Shown here one piece after another: positions 41,701 through 53,700 of a DNA stretch of 60,000 bases (position 1 is its first letter; each line of letters begins with the position of its first letter). Source of the DNA: Lytechinus pictus. Lineage: Eukaryota. The DNA lies in NCBI RefSeq assembly GCF_037042905.1, contig NC_087252.1, positions 10,852,001 through 10,912,000 of the forward strand. Direction: 5' to 3'. The translations under genes were made by a program, and so were the position numbers. The notes under the pieces were generated by a model. The model did no database searches. It was not told the origin of the DNA and was given only the letters and a program-made list of their open reading frames with translations.

Positions 41701-44700
41701 TGGTATCCTCATAAGTCGTTGCGTTCTCGAGGCAGTAGTAGCCCTCGGGGCAAGGTGTACACGTCTCCTCGTTGGTCAGCTCGGTGTAATAACCCGCTGG
41801 GCAACCAAGCGGGACGATACTTCCCTCGGGACAATAGTGGCCGCGGGGACAGATGTTGCCAAGGCCTGTGTTACCGACTCCTGTCGGTTCTGGCATATCC
41901 ACACCTGTTGATGGGTACATGGAGGAAAAGAGGAGCATTTTGATACAAGTAATTAGGGGTGGATAAAAGTGAAAGATTAGAGAAACATGCTCTTTGGGTT
42001 ACAGAATGCAAGAGGGGCATTTTCTTAGTTGGTAATCATTCTGATGAGCCATCTTTTCCAAGATTTAAGAAAAAAGTTGACAGGAAGAAAAGAAAGATGC
42101 CCTTTTGGCAGAGGAGAGTAGGGGCAAGGGTAAAAACAAAGTGGGCATAGGAGGAGAATGAATATGAGTTTCTAAAAACATAATTAAAATGAAATAAAGA
42201 TAACTAAAAAAAAAAGAAAACAGACAAAAATAAGAAGCAGGAAAGTGAGGATCGGAAGCAGAATTAGGAAAAGGACAAAGAAGAGGAGATTATTTTATAA
42301 AATGAAAAAGTGACAAAACAGAATGAAGCAGAAGAAGAAACAGAAGGCATCAAAATTCATCTCTCACCATATTCGCAGTAAAATCCAGCCGAGCAGTTGC
42401 CCGAGACGGCCGAAAGCCCAGGCTCCTGACAGTACTTGCCGCCATCACACTCCAGACACTGGCTCTCCTCATAGATACCCATCTGAGGGTTGTATGTGCC
42501 CTGGGGACACTTATAAAGGTCAGCACCGGTCTTGGCTGGACAGTAGTGCCCGGTGATGCAGGGGTCAGCTCGGTCACGATTCACGCAGTAGTATCCTGAA
42601 GATGGTAATAATCATAACTGTTTTAGTATACCACATATGATCTAAAATTTAAACTGCCACTTTCTACATACGAATAAACTAGATTGATTCTAAACTGCAC
42701 ACAATGTATATGTATGCCTACGCCATCACCAGATCTGAACTATATTGCGTACTTTATTCTGATGAATTCATTCTAAAATGTGATATATTCAAAAGTAAAC
42801 GAGGATAAAGGGGGATAAAGTTCAGGCCAAAAGCTTCCAATCATGAGGCTGTTAGGAAAATATCTGTTCTATGAGTCTTACTTCGAACGACTTAGTCGAA
42901 AGCCAAAGTCAAGATGACATCGAAAACAGCCTTTGCTTTATCCCAGGAAGAAACAAAGCATTTCATTAAAACGACCTTTGACTCCATCATCCTCATGAAC
43001 ACACATGCGGTATTACCCAAGGATCATTTGTACCAGGTCTGAACATAATTGATGAAGAAATAGAGAAATGAGAGCAAGTCCAACAAAAATGTAAAACGTT
43101 TTTGTAACAGGAAAAGTGGCTACTAGGTCTCTGCCGAACTTCGTTCAGGGGAGACAAAAAGTGTGACTATAGCACCATGCTTATGCATAGCAATGAAACG
43201 TTGAACCTTGAAACACTGTACCTTGAGGGCAGTCATCACAAGCATCGGCCCCTGAGTAGTTGGTGTAAGTTCCGTTGGGGCAGTAGACATGGGTGGGTGA
43301 GCCCTGTTCACAGTAAGACCCAGGGGGACAGATGTCACCCGTGATGCCATCCTGAGGGGCGGGGTTGCTCGCCCCAAGGGTGCAGTAGAAACCAGCATAA
43401 CATTCACCTGAGGAAATAGAATGGAATGTCTTCTTAATGGACCTACATGTTTGTGATGATTTTCTGTTGACTTGTATACAGAGATTAACAGAGATAAATG
43501 AAATAATCTTTGATCAAGTTAATATTTACCGCAATGCTGGGGATTATAAATTGTTCCTGTGTTTCAAAGAATAAAATGAGAGTCTACAAGAGGACAAACT
43601 TCATCATCATCATCCTCCTATTTATTACTACCATCATCAAAATCATCTTTAACACCATCATAACTATCATCATCATCATCACCATCCTTATCCTCACCAT
43701 GTCACCATCCCCATCATCATAACCATCACCATCATCACCATCATCATCATGATCATCATCATCATAACCATCACCATCATCATCATCATCATCACCATCA
43801 TAACCATCACCATCATCATCATAGTCAACGCCATCATCATCACTATCACTATCCCCATCATCATCATCATCCTCCTCCTCATCATCAATTTACCAGTCTC
43901 AGCTGCCTGTCCTGTTGTATTGCAGTACATGCCAGGTGTACACGGCAGACAGGCCGAATCATTGGTCATCATATCGTGGGGCTGGTAGGTGCCCGCTGGA
44001 CAAGGCTCTGGGGCATAGCTACCCTGCGGACAGAAGTGACCGACTGGACAGACATCACCATAGGACTGACCGTTAGGATTGGGCTCAATGGCTGCCAGTG
44101 AACAGTAGAATCCTGTCAGAAACAGCGATCAAAATGTATGAAAATTACACCTATTAACCATACATGCTCAAGTCCACATTTATCACATTCTTCATTAAAA
44201 AAAACACATTTTTCTTCAAAACATACAAAAGAAATCATAACCAACATTTAAAAATGTAAATGAATAGAGGGACCTACAGAAATAAACCACTTGTATGTTG
44301 TGCAAGAGGACTCCCAGAGTATCAATATTCATTCAACTTATAATCTGTTTCAAGTAAAATGTTGCTCCTTAACCCGTGTCCTGGAAACTACAATCAATTT
44401 CATGATTGATGCATATCATGCTTGTAAATTTATATTTATGGCAAGTATATATACATTAAACTTTCACAACTGATTGTAATGCATCACTTCATTATACAGA
44501 TTCAGATCCTGACCTTTTTCAATTCTTATCAACTAGAAAAATTATAACATTTCCTACATTATATCAACATTTTTATTTTTGTATTTTCTATTGCTATTTT
44601 GTTATGATCTATTTTCTTGAGGTTGAGTTATATGAAACTTTAGGAATGAACAAGGAAGTTCTGAAAGTGTCAAGTCTGCATCAGTACCTGGATAACATGT

Positions 44701-47700
44701 TCCGTTGGGTTCAGTCAGGCCGACTTCATTGCAGTAATACCCAGGCCAGCAGTCGGTGCAGTTTGACTCTGCCGGGAGCCTGTCAACGTGACCAAAGGTT
44801 CCCTTTGGACAGTGAGTCGGGTACGAGGACCCCTCGGTGCAGTAGGTGCCCTGCTCGCAAGGGCCTCCGGTGGAGTCACTGCCGTCGGGTTGGGGTGTGT
44901 AAGCTCGGAGGACGCAGTAGTACCCTGGGCTGCAGAGGCCGGTGGGCTCCGTGATGTTTTCTGCTTCGCAATAGAAGCCTGTGGAGAGACAACAAAAAGT
45001 TTAAATGATTTTATTGACTCTTCCAGACTTTTCATTGTGATACAATGTAAAGTATATGTATGCCCTATGTCCACGGAATGTAGAAGGAAATATACAAATG
45101 AAAAAAAGATATCGTAAAAAAGCCTTAAAAATCGACATACTTAACCCTAAATAGAGACTGCTATTTGACGCCTAAGAAAACTGGGAGGGTTATTTTATGA
45201 TTTTGTGGTACCAAATATTTTTTTTTTATTTATTGAAAACTGATAGAGTATGAAGAGTATAAGAATAGAAAAAAAAAATTGTGAGAACTTCTAATGATTG
45301 GCTCCCTCTCTAGGTCAATAAAAAGGAGAATCAAAGAAATATCAAGTGAATAAACAGAAAAGTTTATTAAAAGACAATTCAAATATTTATATTGAAACAC
45401 AAAAAAATGGGAAGTTTGTCAATTCATTTAGGGTTTCGAATGTTGTTTAATACAAAAAAAAAACTTACCTTCCGGGCAATCTCTGCATTCTGCTTCACTC
45501 TCTAGCCCGGTAGTATTACTGTAGGTTCCTACAGGACAGGGGAACTCCCTTGCTGTTTCGGTGCCATTCGGACAGTAAAAACCTGACAGCGGGAAAAACA
45601 AACAAGTGCGAGTAACTAAAGCTGCTTGTGACCTTCTGACTAGATACATTTAGGGCCTTTTCACACAAGAATCTTGAATCATCATTGTAATGATTATTGC
45701 AATTCGTCTTTAGAATTATTGTACCATTCACGTTCACTCGAAAATTGTGATTTGAATTTGAATTCCCGAGCAAAGACGGTATTGTGTCCTTGGTGAATTT
45801 TCAATCAAACCCAATCAAAGCACTGCATCGCAAAAAAGAAACTATGATGAGTGCGTGACTATTGTATTATCTACAGAAGTGCTTGAAAGGTCACGTAAGC
45901 TCCGCCCCTCAAAAGATGTTTCGGAGGTCAACCCTTTCAGACGTAAAATTTGTACCATAATTTGAGTGTAACTTAACTGGAATTCACCTCCGGAGTAGAA
46001 TTTGAATTCGTGATTGTGATTAGCGTTCTTGATTCTAGTTTGGTTTCACACATGCTAAAAATTTGTAAATAGAATTATTTTTCATGGGAATCATCATTCA
46101 AATTACGATTTTGGTACCGTGTGAAAGGGCGGCTAGTAAGAGTAAAAATCACCAGACAAAGACATTGCAGTATTTCAAAGTTTGGACCAATACAATGTTG
46201 GGAATTCTATAATATTACATCAATTTGAATTCCAAGCTTCTTTTCAATAATTGTCTCATGAACACTTTCAAATCATCAAATTTCCACTTTGGTACATTGC
46301 CATATCTGTATAGAAAATAACAATAGAATCATTCAAATATAGAATAAATGTGCTCCTTCTAAATGAATTAAGCACCATGAAGAGTATCTGCATGCCAACC
46401 ATACTGGCTAATACCGTACCTGCAGGGCAAACCTTGGGCATAACCACACCATGAGAGGGCGCCCCAACACCACTCTGCTCCTCATCGATGGCCTCGTTAC
46501 GATCGCAGTATGAACCTGCAGGACATTCCACGCACTCTCCCTGCTCTGCGAAGGGCTGATACTCGCCAGATGGGCAAGGGATCTGATCGTGGCTACCAAC
46601 GGGGCAACGGTGACCGGGGAGACACTGGCTACCGTTGGGTTGGGCAGCCGTCGAGCCTGCGTGGCAGAACCAACCGAGGTCGCATTCTGCGTTGGGCAAG
46701 GCACGACCCCAGCCAGCACAGTACATTCCAGCAGTGCACGGCTGGCAGTCACCCTCGGCCTGATTGCCGTACTGGTTGGTGAATTTTCCTGAAATATCAC
46801 AAGATTAAAAACAATTAATATACTACATGTATATTCACAACAAAATCTTAAAAGTTCCTCTGCATATTCTGTTAAATTTTACTACACCAGCTGCAGGTGT
46901 TAATTTTCATTTGTTCATCTGCAATTCTGAAATTGCCTATCGCTATCTGAATGTATTGTAATAAAGAATCACTGTTATATTATCTTTAGTTTTGTACTGA
47001 AATATAATCTTATCTACATGTATGACGGTGGATGCAAATAACGACCATTTTGATTTTGAAATCTTTGATGTTGCCACAATATTCCATTTTTGAAGAATAA
47101 AAAATCAAAATTCAGATGAAAGACAACTTTTGTATGCAAGTATTTTCTGAAAGTCATGTATCTAATCTACATCTATGACTTTTCCAGGCCTAAAATGTTT
47201 TAAAACAATGTCCCAATGTTCAATCATTCTACAAAATATTTAATTTGACTGATACAGTAACTCATTAATTAGGTAGTTTATATTTATATATATCCAAAGG
47301 TCAAAGAGATGTCAGAAATAGGTCAAAGACATGTCATGAAATGATTTTCAAATGTTGTACAACAATTTGACAAGTCATCACATCCCATATGGCTAGTACA
47401 GAAACTTATCAGGAAGATAACATAGTTTATGGCTACACTAATAACAAAAGGTCAAAAAGAGGTCAAATAGAGGTCAAGAAGATGTCAAAGGTCACCTGGT
47501 TCACATGGCTGTGCATCATAGCTTCCCTCAGGACAATAATGACCTTTGGGGCAGATATCACCGGTCGTCTCGTTGACTGGGTTAGGTAGGATAGTACTAC
47601 CGATGCAGTAATGACCAGCTTCACAAAGGCCGCTGACATTGGCGAGCTCATCGTAACGGCAGTAGTAACCTAGTAATTGAAAAGAAAATGATGATTAACA

Positions 47701-50700
47701 TTTTACTTCACTTTGCTTTTCGATCTAAAAGGCCCCGTACCACAAAGCTGATAGGGATTAATCTTGGGAGCTGATTTTTAGGATTTAATTATTGTGTACT
47801 ATCATTTCAAATATTTTATTTTGTTTTGTTTTTAAATGAAAATTCAAATCTGTATATGCAAAGTCATAAATTTATCCGTCTTCCCTAATTTATTGCAACT
47901 TATCTCATCGGGGCCTGCAGTTTTTCTTCAAGCTTGCTTTTATGTAGGTCCCATCATATTTCTTTGAATCAAATTAAGCTTTTACCTTATAATTCAATTG
48001 ATTGACTGTATCATTATAACATGTTATTGTATTCCTTCCCCTTGTTTATAATTTAACAGTTATTGCATTATTGTTGCTGATTTTTTATGTGAATCAAATG
48101 TCAATAAATGAAATGAAAAATCACTCCTACAAATTATCTCCATCATCGATCGCTAAGCTTTATCTAACAGGGTCCTGAAATGTTCATTTCTAACAGTCTC
48201 AAAATCTGAGAGTTTTCCTTCTCCTTTTGGACAATTATTTATTTGAATCATTATTTGCTTATCAAAGATACATGTAAAAGCAAGAATTATTTCAATCTGA
48301 TAGGCTGATAAATTTGTTATAGAAACTGTTCATTTGTTATCATTGAAGTCTTTATAAAACGGGATTATAGTCTAAGCATCAAAGCTTTTAAATTAAAGAT
48401 ACTGATGAAATACATACTTTTGACTGTGGTAAATTGGTGACCTATTGTTTTATTTTTTATTCACTTTCTTCTGATAAAGTAACTGACAAGCACTACGTCA
48501 CCAAGTGTAATCATCATCATTTATTACAAGTTTTTTTTAATCCTTTAATAGTTTTTATTTCCATAACTTCAAAAACAAAAATAATCATTTCATACTCAAA
48601 AATAAAAGCAAGAAAAAAAAAAATTAAATCATTCAATACCGACCTGGGTCACACTGTATTGGTTGTGAAGCACCAGCCGGACAGTATGTTCCTGCAAGAC
48701 AGCGCCCTCCAGTGGTATCGTTGGGACAGGCACAGCCAAAATCTGTAAAAAGCATTTGAAAAACAAACAAACATGAAGATGAAAATTGACCTTTAGTTCA
48801 AGATTACTTTGTTATGAGAATACAAGTATTTCTAGTAAAGGAATTTTTGATTGGCAGACATACTGCAGTCTGACAAGTTTTGAATATGACGTAGAGCGAA
48901 AGCTGCAAGCATTATGGTGCAGTCGTTCTGACTCTTTCCTTGTCATCAGAGGGTCATGTGCTTGAATCCCCCTGTGGCCTCAAATCCTCTGGCAAGGCAT
49001 CCATCTACTCTCCACCGAGGTGTCTCTGATTTAACTCTATCTTTTCAAATCATATTATTTTCAGCCTGGAGTAACACTTTGTACCCTCCTAAAGACAGAC
49101 ATTCAACCTGCCTGAAACGTTGAGTATTCTCTCCTACTCCCGCTCTACAACTCTACTCGCCGACTCAAGCCAACCTTTTCTCATCTCTCCAACTACTCAA
49201 GCTCCTGAATTCTTTCTGGTTTACAGTCCTTTTAAGGAATAAACTCATTTCCGAAAGAAATTCTACTCAACGTACACTTTCAAGCCTGTCCATTTCACTT
49301 CTACCTGTATACACTTTTCCTAGACCTAGGGTTCACCACATGCTGTACCGTAAAACACTTCTGCTATTTGAAATCTTTAAAGACACTCACCAGTATCATT
49401 TCCAAGGGAAGTAGGCATATCCTTCCAGGCTCCCAGGATGCAATACCAGCCGGGAGCACAGAGACCAGCGGGTTCTTCCATTCCTCGTTCAGGGCAGTAC
49501 ATCCCCGCCGGGCAGAGCTCACAGGCGTTGACGTCGCTGCCTCCCGTAGCATTGTTGAAGGTTCCGTTGTTGCAAGGGTTCTCGGTCGCAAACTCAGTGT
49601 TTAGAGGGCAGAAGTGACCTGAGGGGGATATATGGAAGGGACAGACAGACAGTCAGGAGACAATTATTGGGCTATCTTCTTTGGTTTTATTCAATTCATG
49701 TGCTAGAAGTCTGAGCAATATGTTTGGGTGAGGTGTGAAGTGTATGGCTGACAAATCTCCTTATTGTGGATGTCAAGTCTCTTGTTTACTCAAGAGACAC
49801 AAGTCAACAACAAGTGGAATGCCTCTGGCCGTCTCACCTGCATCACGCGATTCAATATAGCAGCAGTGCTGATTTTGAAACTACTATAACTCGCACAAGA
49901 TGTTCAGTGATACTTGGTTACTCGTATTTCCACGTTTTATGAATTAGACCAATACACTTACATGTATAGAGATATGATGGCAATTCAACAAATACCCCCA
50001 ACGTGGCCAAAGTTCTTTGACCTTACATGACCTTTGACCTTGATCATGTGACCTGAAACTCGCACAGGATGTTCAATGATACTTGATTACTCTTATGTCC
50101 AAGTTTTATGAACTAGACCAACACACTTTCAAATTTATGGCTGTAATTCAACAAATACCCCAATTTGGCCAAAGTTCATTGACCCTAAATGACCTTTGAC
50201 CTTGATCATGTGACCTGAAACTTGCACAGGATGTTCAGTAATACTTGATTACTATTATGTCCAAGTTTCATGAATCAGATCCATAAACTTTCAAAGTTAT
50301 GATGGTAATTCAACAGATACCCCCAATTCGGCCAAAGTTCATTGACCCTAAATGACCTTTGACCTTGGTCATGTGTCGTGAAACTCATGCAGGATGTTCA
50401 GTGATACTTGATTGACCTTATGTATAAGTTTCATGAACTAGGTCCATATATTTTCTAATTTATAATGACATTTCAAAAACTTAACCTTACATGTAGGTTA
50501 AGATTTTGATGTTGATTCCCCCAACATGGTCTAAGTTCATTGACCCTAAATGACCTTTGACCTTGGTCATGTGACATGAAACTCAGGCAGGATGTTCAGT
50601 AATACTTGATTAACCTTATGGCCAAGTTTCATGAACTAGGTCCATATACTTTCTAAGTTATGCTGTCATTTCAAAAACTTAACCTCAGGTTAAGATTTGG

Positions 50701-53700
50701 TGTTGACGCCGTCGCCGTCGCCGCCGCCGCCGTCGGAAAAGCGGCGCCTATAGTCTCACTCTGCTATGCAGGTGAGACAAAAATTGAAAAAAGGACAAAA
50801 TAAAAAAAATACACATTCCAAGAATATTACAGGCCTACAGGGTAAGTCAAACAACTCATGCATTATAATGATATGCACCATATAAGCACTTGAAATGTTT
50901 CTACGTGCTGCATACAATTACACCGGCTTTAGCACTACTACCCTTATCGTTATCACGTAGCTGAGCATTCAAGGGATTCATTCCTAACAGGTACCCATTT
51001 TAAACTACACCTGGGTGGAGAGTGGCATATGCAGATAACCAGTAATCACTTTTGCATTATTCAACTTCCTCAGCAAGCCTTTACCAATCCAAAAGCAAAG
51101 TTCAGGGGCCTGTTTCATAAAGAGTTACAACTGTTGTAACTTTGTCATTATGGCAACTACATTGTACCATGGCAACAGGGCTCAGCAGCCAATCAAAACC
51201 AAGGTCACCATGGTAGTTGCCATAATGGCAAAGTTACAACAGTTGTAACACTTTATGAGACGGGTCCCTGGCCATTCATGCAATTTTACTCCAATGAGTG
51301 CATGTCCAAAAGCTTCAGTATGTCCTATTTGACGATAATAAAAAAAACCTCTTCTGTACCTTTAGGACAGATGGTGTAGTTGTAGCTTCCCTCCTCACAG
51401 TAATGTCCCTCAGGACAGTCCAAGCAGTTATCCTCCCTCTCATTAGGTTGGTAGTAACCTGGCGGGCAGAGGACATAGTCGCTGTTGCCTCCGACGCAGA
51501 AGGAGCCAGCAGGGCAGGGTCCACCGGTGGACGAGGCGACGCTGGGGTTGGAGGAGTTGGAGCCGAGATGGCAGTAGAAGCCGGGATCGCATTCACCGCT
51601 GGGGTAGCTCAGGCCTGGTATCTCGCAGTAATGACCTGTTCAAGTAATCATAGATAATAATGATAACAAGCATTTATATAGTGCCATCTATCCACAAATA
51701 ATCTATTCTTATTATTATTATTATGAACTATTATTATTACCGTAGCTTTAGCTCAAGCTCAAAATCATGATTTAGAATTTCTCAATGTTACCAATGCTAT
51801 TCTACAAACATATCAGGTGTCTGTCTTCCTTTTCAAATTCTTCTCCGTCATATCCTTACCTTCCAAGCAATCCTGGCATTCATCTAAGCTAGAGATCCCG
51901 GTGACATTGTTAAAAGTAGACGGTGGACAAGGCTCTGGTTCCCCAGTTCCCTGGACACAGTAGTATCCCTCGGGACAGACACCGGCATCACCCCTGGAGG
52001 ATTCACTGGGCTGTCTGGCGTCGGAACCGCTTCGGCAGTAGAACCCTCCGTCACAAGGACCTGTAAAATATAATAATATTACAAATTTTGAGATTTTTTC
52101 TAACATGAGGATAATGCAACAAATTACAGAACTGACACTGATAACAATACCCTTATATGCGGGATATTTCTGATATCATTTGTCTCTGTCTTCTTCTTCT
52201 TGTCAATATTTGCACTCTGATTAAAAATTATCTACTTCAAATGGTGTCCCCTTAAGCACTTCATAAATGAAGTATCCAAGAGAGAGAGATGGGGTCAGAC
52301 TTTCAAAAATAAAAAGGTTGACTTTTTTTCTTGGAATTGCCCCTCATCAATGATTCTGATCACAAAATACAACAGTTCCAATGTGGTGTATGAACAACTT
52401 TAGACAATCACCTACAGACGGGTTCCTGTACTTATCAAAGTGCAACCCTGGGGATGTTTCAGAGAGATTTAAGTGTGATGTGAGTGACTTACGTTTGACT
52501 TAAGTGTGGCACTTAAGTCATGCTTAAGTGCAGGCACACAGTACTTGATGCATAATCTCACTGGGACCAATACCCAGCTTCACCCATGTATAATCTGACC
52601 AAATCATTGGTGTGTTATAAACCACACTTAACTAGGAATTTTAAAGTGATTTTCAATCAAAATTAAATCTTTGTGAATCAGCCCCAGAAATAAGTTTAAT
52701 CTGTAGTAACTCAAGGAGACTACTTACCAGATACCGTAGTAGCGTTGACCACGTCGCAGTAATTACCAGCAGTACACTGAGTACACTGGGTCTCATTTGA
52801 TAGGCCGGTCGATGGACTGAATGTACCCGCTGGACAAGACTGCCATACATGTCCAGTTCCCTCTGGACAATAGAAACCAGCAGGACAGTCCTACGTAAGA
52901 AAAAAGATATTACAATGATATCAAAAGAAATGATGCATTTTCCTGAATTCTGTGAATCCCATAGGCTTTGTACAGGTACCACTTGTTTCCAGTATGCAAT
53001 GGGTAAAGATAAACTTGCATAGTTTGTCAAATCTCACTCCAGCCAGTTCCTATGCTGCAAAGGAACCTAAGTACAAAATAGATCCCCATATATCTCATGA
53101 TAATTTCATTGCCATCTTTTTGTGTAGAGCTGAACAAAATGGAACGTTTTGTGTCAATTAACACACGAACAAGATGGCGTCAATCATTCACACAACATGT
53201 CGTCCTTCTACATGTATGTATTTTGATATCCATGGGACTTACCTCAGGGTTGGAGCCGGTAATACAGTAGTGACCTGGTGTGCACTGAAGACATGCTTCA
53301 TTCTGCGTTGTGTCTGTATAGGTTCCTGGCTCGCATTGGATCGGCTGTGGTGACCCGGCTGGACAGCGGTGACCAACTGGACATTCATCCCCTAAACAGA
53401 AAAATGATAATAATCATTGTTATTACCCTGGCTTTAGCACAGCTACCATGATCTGGCGCTTGAGCATGATAATGTTTTCTATTGCAGTGCAGACATGACA
53501 ATGTTGGTTGGATGTTAAGACCTTGTATCCCATTTATTTTCCAACTGATGGCACCTCAGATAAAGCTCAAATTTTAGAGTTATGATATAAATTCCAACTA
53601 TTCATTTTGACTACAATGAATTCTCTAAAGGAATATAGAGAATATGTATTTTGGATGTTGTATGGCTAATTATTTTCAATGTGCTGACATTTACAATTGT

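Noticed and set aside
49889..50700. Regularly spaced repeats as a possible CRISPR array
   Set aside because: Whole units are homologous with no unique spacers; eukaryotic context and no cas genes
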